Source of the DNA: Thermoplasmata archaeon
GTDB taxonomy: Archaea > Thermoplasmatota > Thermoplasmata > Lutacidiplasmatales > UBA184
NCBI GenBank assembly: GCA_022749895.1
Contig: JAKIWS010000001.1
Location: forward strand, 7,891-71,890
DNA: 64,000 bases
Reading direction: 5' to 3'
The notes beneath the pieces were generated by a model that saw only the letters and a program-made list of their open reading frames with translations, was not told where the DNA came from and did no database searches. Of this stretch, positions 44,587 through 54,719 are shown piece by piece. The translations under genes were made by a program, and so were the position numbers. Within the stretch, counting starts at the first letter, position 1; every line of letters starts with the position of its first letter.

Positions 44587-46197
44587 GTGAAGGGCCGCGA
44601 CGTCGACGGGATCCGGCTTCCCGACGGGCGCCCGGTGTTGTCCCCGGACGCGGTCGAGTTCATCGCACGACTCGTCCGGAAGTTCGGCCCGCGGCGCGCG
44701 GAGCTCCTCGAACGGCGCGGTGACTTCCGGCGAGCGCTCCTCGACGGGCGGAGGCCGGGATTCCTGAAGGCGACAACCGGGATTCGTACCTCCTCGTGGA
44801 CGGTGGCCGCAGCTCCGATGGACCTCCGCGACCGTCGGGTCGAGATCACCGGTCCGACGGACGCGAAGATGACGATCAACGCCCTCAATTCGGGGGCGCG
44901 GGTCTTCATGGCCGACTTCGAGGACGCTCACTCCCCCGTATGGACCGCGACCTTGGAGGGCCAGCGGGTACTGTTCGAGGCCGTTCGGGGTACCCTTCAG
45001 TACGATGCCCCCGACGGGCGACCGTACCGGCTCGCCCCCCAACGTGCGGTCCTCATGGTCCGTCCCCGCGGCTGGCACCTCCTCGAACCGCACGTGCAGA
45101 TCGACGGTGAAGCGGCGCCGGCCTCGCTCGTCGATTTTGGCCTGTTCTTCTTCCACAACGCCCGCGAACTCGTTCGACGCGGGACCGGGCCGTACTTTTA
45201 CCTCCCGAAACTGGAACACTACCCCGAAGCCCGCCTCTGGAACGACATCCTCGATTTCGCCGAGGACGCCGTGGAACTTCCGCGGGGCACCGTCCGGGCC
45301 ACGGTCCTCATCGAGACACTCCCGGCCGCGTTCGAGATGGAGGAGATCCTCTACGAGCTTCGCACCCACTCGGCCGGGCTCAATTGCGGCCGGTGGGACT
45401 ACATCTTCAGCGTCATCAAACAGTTCCGCGACGACCCGTCGTTCGTACTTCCGGAGCGCGGTCAGCTCGGAATGGAGATCCCCTTCCTCGCGAGCTACGC
45501 GACGCTCCTCGTTAGGACCTGCCACCGCCGGGGGGCCCACGCGATCGGCGGCATGGCGGCCTACATCCCGATCCGCGGAGATGAGGTGGCGAACGCCGAG
45601 GCGCTGGCACGGGTGCGGGCCGACAAGGTGCGCGAGGTCGCTCTCGGCTACGACGGGACCTGGGTCGCCCACCCTGGACTCGTTCCGGTCGCCCAGGCCG
45701 TGTTCGACGCCGCGATGCTCGGACCCAATCAGCTCGATCGACCCGCCCCGGAGCTCCGCATCGGCCCGGACGAGCTTCTCACCGTCCCCCGGGGAACGAT
45801 CACCGTCGCGGGGGTTCGCACGAACGTCCGCGCGGCGCTCCGCTACCTGGACGCATGGCTGCGAGGGACCGGGGCGGTCGCCATCGATCACCGCATGGAG
45901 GACGCGGCGACCGTGGAGATCTCCCGGGCTCAACTCTGGCAATGGATCCGCCACGGCGCTCGGGCCGAGGGCGAGGGCCCGGTGACCCCCACGCTCGTCC
46001 GCTCGCTGTTGGCGCTCGAGCGGGATGACTTGCTTCGGGAGTCGGCGGGAGATGCCGGACGACTTCGCGGGATCGATCGGGCCAGCCGGATCGTCGACGA
46101 GCTCGCCACGGGACCCGGGTTCGCCGAATTTTTCACCCCCCGCGCCTATGAAGAGCTCGAGGAGAATCCGCCCGGAACGACCGGTGGACGACGATGA
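44587..46197 (+). CDS. aceB: Malate synthase (A-type)
   Basis: [60 protein letters not shown] at 44587 is proposed by analogy with MSA N-termini, so the start is uncertain. Confidence 0.88.
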   Translation: MKGRDVDGIRLPDGRPVLSPDAVEFIARLVRKFGPRRAELLERRGDFRRALLDGRRPGFLKATTGIRTSSWTVAAAPMDLRDRRVEITGPTDAKMTINALNSGARVFMADFEDAHSPVWTATLEGQRVLFEAVRGTLQYDAPDGRPYRLAPQRAVLMVRPRGWHLLEPHVQIDGEAAPASLVDFGLFFFHNARELVRRGTGPYFYLPKLEHYPEARLWNDILDFAEDAVELPRGTVRATVLIETLPAAFEMEEILYELRTHSAGLNCGRWDYIFSVIKQFRDDPSFVLPERGQLGMEIPFLASYATLLVRTCHRRGAHAIGGMAAYIPIRGDEVANAEALARVRADKVREVALGYDGTWVAHPGLVPVAQAVFDAAMLGPNQLDRPAPELRIGPDELLTVPRGTITVAGVRTNVRAALRYLDAWLRGTGAVAIDHRMEDAATVEISRAQLWQWIRHGARAEGEGPVTPTLVRSLLALERDDLLRESAGDAGRLRGIDRASRIVDELATGPGFAEFFTPRAYEELEENPPGTTGGRR

Positions 46198-47534
46198 GCG
46201 ATTCCGACGAGGAGGCTGAGGCGGGGCCCTCGGGCGACCGCTGGAAGGGCATCCGGCGCCCGTACCGGCCCGCCGATGTCCGGCGTCTTCGCGGCTCGGT
46301 CGCGATCCGCTTCACGCTCGCGGACCTGGGGGCGCGCAAGCTCTGGCGGATGCTCCAGACGATGGACCACGTACCGACGCTCGGGGCCCTCACCGGGACG
46401 CAGGCGGTTCAGATGGTCCAAGCCGGGCTCCCGGCGATCTACGCGAGCGGGTGGCAGGTCGCCGCCGACGCGAACGACGCGGGCCAGACGTACCCCGATC
46501 AGAGCCTCTACCCCGCCGATAGCATGCCCACGCTCGTCCGGAGGATCAACAATGCGTTGCGCCGGGAAGATGAAAAGCAGGTGGCGGCCGGCGAGGGTTC
46601 CGTTGACTGGTATGCCCCGATCGTCGCCGACGCGGAAGCCGGGTTCGGCGGCGTCCTGAACGTCTTCGAGCTCACGAAAGGCCTGATCGAGGCCGGCGCG
46701 GCGGGGCTCCACCTGGAAGACCAGCTGGCGTCGGTCAAGAAGTGCGGTCACCTCGGCGGCAAGGTCCTCGTTCCGACGCGGGAGTTCAACCAGAAGCTGT
46801 GGGCGGCGCGGCTCGCGGCCGATGTCCTCGACGTCCCCACGGTCCTCGTCGCCCGGACCGACGCGCTGTCGGCGACGTTGCTCACGAACGACATCGACCC
46901 GCGTGACCAGCCGTTCCTGACCGGGGCCCGGACGTCGGAGGGGTACTACGCGATCCGCGGCGGCATCGAGTCCGCGATCGCGCGGTCGCTGTCCGCGGCG
47001 CCGTACGCCGACCTCCTCTGGTTCGAGAGCAGCTCGCCGGACATGGACGAGGCCCGCGTCTTCGCGGAGGCGATCCACGCCCAGTTCCCCGGAAAACTGC
47101 TCGCGTACAACTGCTCGCCGTCGTTCCACTGGAAGAAGAAGCTCCCGAACCGGTCGATCGCTCGGTTCCAGGACGACCTCGGCGAGCTCGGCTACAAGTT
47201 CCAGTTCGTGACCCTCGCCGGGTTCCACGCGCTGAACCTGTCGATCTTCCAGCTCTCCCACGACTACGCGGCCCGCGGGATGGCCGCGTACTCCGACCTG
47301 CAGCAGCAGGAGTTCGCCGCCGAGGAGGCCGGCTACCAGGCGGTCCGTCACCAACGGTTCGTGGGGACCGAGTACTTCGACGAGGTGACGAAGATCCTCT
47401 CCGGCGGGATGAGCTCGACCTTGGCGATGGACGGATCGACGGAGCGACAACAGTTCACCACAGGGGAGAACCCGTCTCCGCCGGAAAAGGGGCGGGACTC
47501 CCCCCGATCGTCCGGACGGGCCAAGGCCGGATAG
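46194..47534 (+). CDS. aceA: Isocitrate lyase
   Basis: ICL signature KKCGHLGGK. The ATG overlaps the aceB stop (ATGA). Confidence 0.92.
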   Translation: MSDSDEEAEAGPSGDRWKGIRRPYRPADVRRLRGSVAIRFTLADLGARKLWRMLQTMDHVPTLGALTGTQAVQMVQAGLPAIYASGWQVAADANDAGQTYPDQSLYPADSMPTLVRRINNALRREDEKQVAAGEGSVDWYAPIVADAEAGFGGVLNVFELTKGLIEAGAAGLHLEDQLASVKKCGHLGGKVLVPTREFNQKLWAARLAADVLDVPTVLVARTDALSATLLTNDIDPRDQPFLTGARTSEGYYAIRGGIESAIARSLSAAPYADLLWFESSSPDMDEARVFAEAIHAQFPGKLLAYNCSPSFHWKKKLPNRSIARFQDDLGELGYKFQFVTLAGFHALNLSIFQLSHDYAARGMAAYSDLQQQEFAAEEAGYQAVRHQRFVGTEYFDEVTKILSGGMSSTLAMDGSTERQQFTTGENPSPPEKGRDSPRSSGRAKAG

Positions 47535-47649
47535 CGCAGCGACGTCACGTCGCACTGGGACGGCGGGCCCGGGACGATGAGGTGACCCGCCTTCGTCCTC
47601 GGTGCCCCTGACCCAGCTCGGTCCAACCGTCGCGCGGGCGAGCTCTCCG

Positions 47650-48801
47650 CTACCGACGCCGACGGGGCCGGACAATAACGGGGACCGCGTGAATCGAGTT
47701 CGTGGCGACCCCCCGGAAGTTCCAGGGCGCGTAGAGAGGCTGCGTGTTTCCGTCCTTGTCGGTGGCGCTCACGCGCAGCACGTGGTATCCCGGCGTGTCG
47801 AAGTCCACGGAACATTCCCACCGGGCCCACGCGAACCGCGCCCGCGGCTCGAGGAGCTTCGCCGGCTGCCAGCCCGCCTGACGCAAATCCCCGTCGATCG
47901 GGCGCAGGGTGACCTCGACCTGGGCGATCGCCTCGGTTCCCCCCCAGGCGACCCCTCGGACGATGTGACGACCGCTCGCGAGGACCGCGTCCTCCGCGGG
48001 CCACGTGATGAGGGATTTCACCTGGAGGCTCGTGACGGGCTTTTTCGACGACTCCGGGTCGTCCCCTTCGTGGATGAAGACGTACGGGCGGGTTCGGAAG
48101 TACCCCTGGTACGGTCGGTCGACGACCGCGATCCGGGTGAGCCACTTCACCGACGCCATGCCGTACCAGCCGGGCACGATCGCGCGCACCGGGAACCCGT
48201 GACGCGCGTCGAGGTCGAGACCGTTCATCTCGACCGCGAGGATCGTGTCGGGGTCGCGGGCCTTCTCGATCGGGATGCTCATGGCGTAGCTGAGATCGCC
48301 GGCGACCCCCGCCTCGCGCCCGTGATCCGCTCCCTCCAGGACGACCTCGGTCGCCGTAGGGCGGACGCCGACTCGTTGGAGGAGACTGCCCAAGGGGACG
48401 CCCCGCCAGCGGGCCGTACCGAGGGCCCCGTGCTTCCACGGAACTCCCTCGGCCGGAGGGTAGACCCGGGTGCGACTGTTCCCGGCGCACTCCATGGTCG
48501 CTACGACGTTGCGCTCGGGGAGCTTGCGCAGTTCGGGGTAGGAGATCGTCAGCGGACCGTCGACCTCACCCTCCACCGCCAGTCGATAGGATTCGAGGTC
48601 GATCCGGGGGGTCGCAAAATGGTTCCGGACGAAGAACCGCGAAATCGGCGTGATCCAGGCGTTGAGCGCGGGAAGCGGCGTTTCGGCGCAGTAGGGGGTT
48701 CGCGTGACAACGTCCAAGACGTCGGAGGCGGGCGAGGGCGGGCTTTTCTCCGAGGGCTCGCCGACGTCGCTCGATCGCGGCCTCGTGCGATCGCTCTTCA
48801 A
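47650..48801 (-). CDS. Sulfite-oxidase-family molybdopterin oxidoreductase
   Basis: FFVRNHF, ATMECAGNSR (Mo-ligand Cys region) and a C-terminal Ig-like dimerisation domain. Confidence 0.8.
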   Translation of the reverse strand: MKSDRTRPRSSDVGEPSEKSPPSPASDVLDVVTRTPYCAETPLPALNAWITPISRFFVRNHFATPRIDLESYRLAVEGEVDGPLTISYPELRKLPERNVVATMECAGNSRTRVYPPAEGVPWKHGALGTARWRGVPLGSLLQRVGVRPTATEVVLEGADHGREAGVAGDLSYAMSIPIEKARDPDTILAVEMNGLDLDARHGFPVRAIVPGWYGMASVKWLTRIAVVDRPYQGYFRTRPYVFIHEGDDPESSKKPVTSLQVKSLITWPAEDAVLASGRHIVRGVAWGGTEAIAQVEVTLRPIDGDLRQAGWQPAKLLEPRARFAWARWECSVDFDTPGYHVLRVSATDKDGNTQPLYAPWNFRGVATNSIHAVPVIVRPRRRR

Positions 48802-48981
48802 TCGGCTCCCCCGCGCGGGTCCCGCGGGACCGGCGCGCGGTGACCGTGGGAGGTGCCTGTCATTAATCTATTGCCGCGTGCGGTGAAGGCGCGCTCGTCC
48901 GAGCCCGACCGACAGCTCATCTCGGCGCGACGGCTCCGCGTCGGTGACCCGGTCGCTGTTCGCACCCGAGGACCCGTCCGT

Positions 48982-49509
48982 ATGAACGCGAGCTCGCAGG
49001 ACGAGTACATCCGGACGCTGGAAGAGCTGTTTCACGGGTTGGAACAGATGCGCCGACGGACGCTTCGGGGGAGTGACCTCACCCCGCTCCAGCATCTGAT
49101 CTTGCGCCGGCTCTGGCTCGAAGGACCCGTGAGCCCGACGTTCTTGGCGAGGTTCCTCGGCGTGCGCGCGCAGACCGTCACGTCGATCGCCGATTCCCTC
49201 GAACGGAAAGGCTGGGTTCGACGGAGGCCGTCCCCCGACGACCGACGGGGGTCGGTGATCGATCTCACTCCACGAAGCCGACGCAGGATCCGTGCGATGC
49301 GGGGCGTCCAGTTCGACCGACTGAGGGTCGGACTGACCCACCTGAGTGAGTCCGAACTTCACGCCGCGACGAGCGCCCTTCGGGCCACGCTGCAAGCCTT
49401 CCCGCTCCCGGATCCCTCGTGCGCGACGCCCGTCGACGCCGGGAAGAGCGGACACCTCACCTCGCGCGGCCGCCGACGGAGGACGCAGCCCTCCGGAAAG
49501 CAGAAGTAA
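48982..49509 (+). CDS. MarR-family transcriptional regulator
   Basis: LTPLQHLILRRLWLEGPVSPTFLARFLGVRAQTVTSIADSLERKGWVRRRPSPDDRR. ATG 48982 was chosen, but in-frame upstream starts exist. Confidence 0.75.
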   Translation: MNASSQDEYIRTLEELFHGLEQMRRRTLRGSDLTPLQHLILRRLWLEGPVSPTFLARFLGVRAQTVTSIADSLERKGWVRRRPSPDDRRGSVIDLTPRSRRRIRAMRGVQFDRLRVGLTHLSESELHAATSALRATLQAFPLPDPSCATPVDAGKSGHLTSRGRRRRTQPSGKQK

Positions 49510-49517
49510 TATTAATC
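49506..49517 (+). promoter_or_regulatory. AT-rich palindromic box (TAATATTA core) between marR and the MFS gene: TATA box and/or MarR operator
   Basis: GTAATATTAATC overlaps the marR stop codon and lies about 45-50 nt upstream of the MFS TTG at 49561. It shares ATTAATC with 48862-48868 upstream of marR. Confidence 0.35.
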
Positions 49518-49560
49518 AGGCATGACTGAGCAATTCGACTTCCAATGTTGTCGCTGAGCG

Positions 49561-51261
49561 TTGACGTTTCACCTCCCGCGCCCGCCTCTCACCCGGGGTT
49601 ATCGCCCAAGGCGTCGTTGGTCCCGTCGTCCCGAAAGAGATCACGAGTACGTGCGGGAGGGACGCGGTAAGTTGGCCGAGCCCACGCCTCCGCCGACCCC
49701 CCCGGTCGCCCCCTCCCCGCCCAAAGACTCCGCGGTCATCGAGAACCCGGTCCTAGCGATTCTCGTCGTGCTGGGCATCATGACGGCGCTCCTGATGGGG
49801 GCGCTCGACAACTTCGTCGTGCTGACCGCGCTCTCGACGATCCTCAAGGAATTCGGTCAACCCAACGGCGGCAGCTTCGTGGTCAGTGCGTACATCATCG
49901 CGTCGACCGTCGCGGTCCCGATCTTCGCCAAACTCTCCGACATCTTCAGCCGACGCAACGTCTTCCTCGGGGGGCTCGCGCTGTTCATCGGCGGTTCGAT
50001 CCTGGCCGGATTGAGCCAAAGCCTGCCGGAACTCATCTTCTTTCGCGCGGTGCAGGGTTTCGGGAGCGGCGACTTCTTCCCGGTTGGGCTCGCCATCGTC
50101 GCGGTCTCGTTCACCGGCGCCCGTCGGGCGCGCGTGACGGGACTCCTCTCGGGCGTCTTCGGGATCGCGACCGTCGCGGGGCCGCTCATTGGAAGCGCCA
50201 TCGTCGACCATACGACGTGGCGCTGGGTGTTCTACGTCAACATTCCCATCGGGCTCGTCGGCATCGGCATCCTGCTGGCGACCCTGGGGGCGCTCCGCCC
50301 CACGCGGGTCCGCCACTTCGACATTCCGGGGGCCGCCCTCCTCGCCGGCTGGGTGGGCGCCCTCATGTACGCCCTGCTCCAGGTTTCGAACGCCGGCTGG
50401 TCGTGGGTCGACCCCCGGGTCCTCGGGCTCCTCATCGGAGCCGTGGTCCTGGTCATCGTCTTCATCGCCTGGGAGCTCCGGACCTCCGAGCCGCTCGTAC
50501 CGTTACGGTTGCTCGGCAACCGCATCGTGGCCGCGAGCGGTGGCAGTGCGTTCCTCGTCGGGATGGTCTTCTTCCCGCTCGTGACGTTCGTCTCCCTGAT
50601 CGTGGGTTTCCTCTACGGACGGGGCGGCGCCAACCCGGCCGACCTCGTGCGCGATACGCTCTACGCGCTCGTGATCCCGGTCGTCCTCGGAGCGGCCATC
50701 GGGGGCCAGCTCGCGACACGGTTCTCCTACCGCGCGATCATCCTGGGCGGGACGCTGCTCACCATCCTCGGCACCGTCTTCCTCGCCCAGTTGACGGTGG
50801 CCACGCCGCTGTGGACCTTCGCGTTCGGCTTCATCCCGGATGGCGGGATCGTCCTGCCGTTGATCCCGCTGGGCTTCGGGGTCGGCCTGACCTTTCCGGT
50901 CTCGCTCCTCGCGGTGCAAAGCCAGGTCGCCAGCGCCGACCTCGGGGAGGCGAGCGGCCTCCTTCAATTCCTCCGGACCCTCGGGGGCTCGATCGGGCTG
51001 ACCGCCCTCGCGTCGGTGCAGCAGCTGCGCATGAATTTCCTCGACCCCTCCCCGGATCCGAGCTGCACGACCCATACGCCCCTGCTCCCCCTCTGCGGGT
51101 CGTACCTCCAGGCGTTCCCGGGAGCGCTCGTGACGTCGTACGACCAGGTGTTCACCGTCATGCTCGCGATCACCGTGGTCTCCGCCGTCGTCGCGTCGTT
51201 CCTGCGCGGGCGGCTGATCAAGCGGGCGCCCTCGAGTGCGTCCGGCTCGGGCGGCGGGTAA
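49561..51261 (+). CDS. MFS transporter, 14-TM drug:H+ antiporter (DHA2/EmrB-like)
   Basis: About 14 hydrophobic helices and MFS motif GKLSDIFSRRNVFLGG-like. It is adjacent to marR. The start is uncertain (TTG 49561 or downstream). Confidence 0.75.
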   Translation: MTFHLPRPPLTRGYRPRRRWSRRPERDHEYVREGRGKLAEPTPPPTPPVAPSPPKDSAVIENPVLAILVVLGIMTALLMGALDNFVVLTALSTILKEFGQPNGGSFVVSAYIIASTVAVPIFAKLSDIFSRRNVFLGGLALFIGGSILAGLSQSLPELIFFRAVQGFGSGDFFPVGLAIVAVSFTGARRARVTGLLSGVFGIATVAGPLIGSAIVDHTTWRWVFYVNIPIGLVGIGILLATLGALRPTRVRHFDIPGAALLAGWVGALMYALLQVSNAGWSWVDPRVLGLLIGAVVLVIVFIAWELRTSEPLVPLRLLGNRIVAASGGSAFLVGMVFFPLVTFVSLIVGFLYGRGGANPADLVRDTLYALVIPVVLGAAIGGQLATRFSYRAIILGGTLLTILGTVFLAQLTVATPLWTFAFGFIPDGGIVLPLIPLGFGVGLTFPVSLLAVQSQVASADLGEASGLLQFLRTLGGSIGLTALASVQQLRMNFLDPSPDPSCTTHTPLLPLCGSYLQAFPGALVTSYDQVFTVMLAITVVSAVVASFLRGRLIKRAPSSASGSGGG

Positions 51262-51379
51262 ATCGCCCGCGGCGAGCGCCTCCGACGGGGGCCGTCAGGG
51301 TCGGGCCTTCCCGGCCTCCGTCCCGGTCGTGACGCCGGGCCCAAACACAAAAGAACTGGACGCACTGGGGCGGTGGACC

Positions 51380-51871
51380 ATGGCGATCCTTACCGAGGAG
51401 ATGAAACGCCTCGTGCGTCATCAGCGGCTGGGCTACGTGGCGACGATCTCCCCCGACGGGAGCCCGAACCTATCGCCGAAAGGCTCGCTCACGGTCTGGG
51501 GCGACCACCACCTCGTGTTCGCCGACATCGAGTCGCCCCACACGATCCGCAATCTCGCCGCGAACCCCGCGACCGAGATCAACGTCGTCGACCCGTTCAT
51601 CCGGAAAGGGTACCGGTTCCGGGGCCGCGCGAACGTCGTCCGCGGGGGCGACACCTACTGGAAGATCCTCGATGCCTACAAGGCCGAGGGGGCGGACGTC
51701 CGCCGGGTCCGCACCATCGTGCTCGTGGAGGTGACGCACGCGGCCCCCCTGGTCTCCCCGGTGTACACCCTGAACCTATCGGAGGACGAAGTGCGGCGCC
51801 TGTGGGAAGAGTACCACGTGAAGAGCATCCAGAAGACCGTCGTCGACCTGATCCCCCCCAACGATTTCTAG
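51380..51871 (+). CDS. Pyridoxamine 5'-phosphate oxidase-family FMN-binding protein
   Basis: LGYVATISPDGSPNLSPKGS ... GYRFRGRA split-barrel pattern. ATG 51380 chosen. Confidence 0.7.
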   Translation: MAILTEEMKRLVRHQRLGYVATISPDGSPNLSPKGSLTVWGDHHLVFADIESPHTIRNLAANPATEINVVDPFIRKGYRFRGRANVVRGGDTYWKILDAYKAEGADVRRVRTIVLVEVTHAAPLVSPVYTLNLSEDEVRRLWEEYHVKSIQKTVVDLIPPNDF

Positions 51872-51956
51872 CGGACGGTCGATGGTCGGACGAACGCCGA
51901 ACGGGCGCGTCCCGGCTCCGCACGACTGACCGGGTCGATCGAGCGGGGGGGGATCG

Positions 51957-52415
51957 ATGGGGTTTATCCTCGGGAACAAGACCCCCCCCTACTCGGACAT
52001 CGTCCTGGTCTTCGAATTCGCCGTTGCGGGGCTGCTCGTGGTGGGCGCCTTCCTCGCCCACCGCGGCCACATTCGCGCCCACATGTACCTTCAGAGTTCG
52101 ATGGTCCTGGTCAACATCCCGGTCATCCTTGCGTGGATGGTTCCGGAGTACCTCGCGTACGTTCTTCCGGGGCTCCCCGGAGAGATCGCCAAGCCGTTCT
52201 ACTGGGTCCCCACGGTCATGCTCGTCGCCGGCGCCGCTGCGGAGGCCCTCGGCATCTACATCATGCTCGTGGCCGGAACGACCCTCATCCCGGAGAAGTA
52301 CCGCTTCCGCCGATACAAACGCTGGATGCGGACTGAACTGATCCTCTGGTGGGCCGTCCTCCTCGTCGGGGTAAGCACGTACTACGTCTGGTACCTGTCC
52401 GGCCTGCCGAGCTAG
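51957..52415 (+). CDS. 4-TM membrane protein (DUF420-like)
   Basis: Four hydrophobic helices with conserved-looking His residues (AHRGHIRAH). Confidence 0.45.
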   Translation: MGFILGNKTPPYSDIVLVFEFAVAGLLVVGAFLAHRGHIRAHMYLQSSMVLVNIPVILAWMVPEYLAYVLPGLPGEIAKPFYWVPTVMLVAGAAAEALGIYIMLVAGTTLIPEKYRFRRYKRWMRTELILWWAVLLVGVSTYYVWYLSGLPS

Positions 52416-52540
52416 CGCGGTACCGACCGGCGCGTTCTGAATCGGGGACCGCCCGGCCCGTCCGGGCCCTCGCGGTGTTCCCTCCGTCGGCCGCGGCACG
52501 ACGGTCCGGCGCTTATCTAGCGACCCGGATTCACGCCGGC

Positions 52541-52972
52541 GTGGCCCCTCCCGCGCGTTTCCTCTATTCCGGGCTCCGGGTCCGGGATCTCGAACGATCG
52601 CTCGCCTTCTACCGGAAACTGGGATTCCGCATTCATGCCCGGGGGACGATGGGGCACGGGGGCCTCTGGGTGCACCTCCTCTATCCGCGGAGCACCCACC
52701 GCTTGGAACTCAACTACTACCCCAAGGCCAACCCGTTCTGGGAACCCTACCGGAAGGGCACCGAGTTCGACCACTTCGGCTTCTATGCGCCGAACCTCGC
52801 CGGCTGGCTCCGAACGGCCCTTCGCGCCGGTGGGAAGCTCGTCGAGGACTTCACGGAGGGGAAGACCCGGCTCGTCTACGTCCGGGACCCCGACGGCAAC
52901 TGGCTCGAGGCGTTCGGACCGGCCGTGGCCCCGCGTCCGCGGCGGCGGCGGAAACGGGCCGATTTGTCGTGA
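52541..52972 (+). CDS. VOC/glyoxalase I-like protein
   Basis: LYSGLRVRDLERSLAFYRKLGF ... HFGFY ... VYVRDPDGNWLE. GTG 52541 chosen. Confidence 0.7.
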   Translation: MAPPARFLYSGLRVRDLERSLAFYRKLGFRIHARGTMGHGGLWVHLLYPRSTHRLELNYYPKANPFWEPYRKGTEFDHFGFYAPNLAGWLRTALRAGGKLVEDFTEGKTRLVYVRDPDGNWLEAFGPAVAPRPRRRRKRADLS

Positions 52973-53033
52973 GCCGTTCCGAGCCCTCCCCGCGACGCCC
53001 AAGTACGCGTTCCGCACGCGTTCGGCCACGCGC

Positions 53034-54086
53034 ATGCCTCCTCGCAAGGTGACGCCCCCCCCGGGGCGACCGGTCGGCGCCCCGAGGGCCGGACATCGGG
53101 CCTCCTCGGGCCACGCCCGTGCTCTCACTTGGCTCCTCGAGCCGGAGCAGCCGTCGATGCGGTACCTCGCCTTGACCCAGCTTCTCGGTCGCCCGCCCAC
53201 GGATCCCGACGTCCGCGCCGCGCGCGACCGTATCCCGCGCGTCGGCTGGGCCGCGGAGTTGCTCTCCCGCCAGCTACCCGACGGCGCCTGGGTCTCGTCG
53301 ACCCGTCTGTACCATCCCAAGTATCTCTCCACGAACTGGATGTTGCTCATCCTCGCCGACCTGGGGATGACCCGCGACGACCCGCGTATCGCGACGGCGT
53401 GCGAGCTCTGGATCGAACGGTTCGCGAAGCCCGACGGCGGGTTCGGCATGGACAGCGGCCGTACCAGCCACCTCTGCCTGGTCGGGAACACGGCCCGCGC
53501 CCTCCTCCGGTTCGGCTACGACGACCATCCGGCCGTTCGGAGTTCGTTCGATTGGCTCGTCCAGCATCAGGCGAAGCTTGGAGGTTGGTCGTGCTTTGGG
53601 AGCGGACGGAATCTCGACTCCTGGGAGGGATTGAGCGCCTTCGCCGCGTATCCGCGCGCGCGATGGACCTCGGAGATGACCCGGGCGGTCGAGCGAGGGG
53701 CCGAGTTCTTCCTCGAACGGGAGCTGTTCCGCCAAGGCGATGCGTACCCTCCTTGGTCCCGGTTCCATTACCCGGTGCACTACTACTACGACCTCCTGGT
53801 GGGGCTCGACCTCCTGACCGAGCTGGGGTACGGCCGCGACCCGCGGCTGCGCCACGCTTTGCGACTGCTGGACCGCAAGCGGCGTCCCGACGGACGATGG
53901 AACCTCGACGCCGTCCATCCGGACGCGGGGGGGGCGGTGGGGGAATGGATCCGCCAGCACCCCAACGAGCTCACGCCGTTCGCGTTGGAGGCGCCGGGGG
54001 CACCGAGCAAGATGATCACGCTTCAGGCGCTGCGCGTGCTCGCCCGCCGGGATGCGGCGGAAGCTCTCGCTCGTGAGCCTACCTAA
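53034..54086 (+). CDS. Prenyltransferase/squalene-cyclase-repeat (alpha/alpha toroid) protein
   Basis: Repeats QLPDGAW, AKPDGGFG, QAKLGGWS, RRPDGRWN. Confidence 0.65.
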   Translation: MPPRKVTPPPGRPVGAPRAGHRASSGHARALTWLLEPEQPSMRYLALTQLLGRPPTDPDVRAARDRIPRVGWAAELLSRQLPDGAWVSSTRLYHPKYLSTNWMLLILADLGMTRDDPRIATACELWIERFAKPDGGFGMDSGRTSHLCLVGNTARALLRFGYDDHPAVRSSFDWLVQHQAKLGGWSCFGSGRNLDSWEGLSAFAAYPRARWTSEMTRAVERGAEFFLERELFRQGDAYPPWSRFHYPVHYYYDLLVGLDLLTELGYGRDPRLRHALRLLDRKRRPDGRWNLDAVHPDAGGAVGEWIRQHPNELTPFALEAPGAPSKMITLQALRVLARRDAAEALAREPT

Positions 54087-54130
54087 GATCGGATCGTCCA
54101 CCCTGCCGCGCCGGAGCTGCGACGGGAGGC

Positions 54131-54622
54131 TCAGGCCGCCCGACGGGCCTTCGGACCTGGGGGAGCGGGTGTGGTTTCCAAGGCGTGCCAGTTTTCGATC
54201 CATTCCTTGGCCTCTTCCACCTGGGGCCGCACGGTGCGGATCTTCGCGTACGCCCCGTCCAAGGACAACGCCCCGTACCGGTGAAGGTACCACGCGGCGG
54301 CAAGCGGGGACCGTCGGACCCCGTGCCCACAGAAGACGAGGACGTTCTCGTTCCGCTCGCGGGCCGCGTGCATGAGGTTGGCCACCCGTTCGAGGTTCGC
54401 GAGCTGCGGGGCGTCGTGTTCCCCGTCGTAGATCGGAATGTGGGTTCCGGGCGGCATCCCCTCGGGTTCCTCGTCGAGCACGCAGAAACGCGCCCCGATG
54501 AATCCGGCGGCGTCCTTCCATCCGCCGACAAAGACCCCGGGGGCGACCTCGCTCGGGGTGGATTCGCTCTTCGTCCGCATCGTTCGTTGGCCCTTGCGTG
54601 GCTCGCTCATGGGAACGTTCAT
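54131..54622 (-). CDS. Dual-specificity / Cys-based protein phosphatase
   Basis: CX5R(S) P-loop VLVFCGHGVRRSPLAAAWYL. Confidence 0.65.
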   Translation of the reverse strand: MNVPMSEPRKGQRTMRTKSESTPSEVAPGVFVGGWKDAAGFIGARFCVLDEEPEGMPPGTHIPIYDGEHDAPQLANLERVANLMHAARERNENVLVFCGHGVRRSPLAAAWYLHRYGALSLDGAYAKIRTVRPQVEEAKEWIENWHALETTPAPPGPKARRAA

Positions 54623-54719
54623 GCCGGGCGAAGGCTATTCGACCGCGCGTCCTGTAACTTGAAAGGATAGACTTATGATGGGACCTCTCGCCTAAATCCG
54701 ACCTGTCGTCGAGAAGCTC

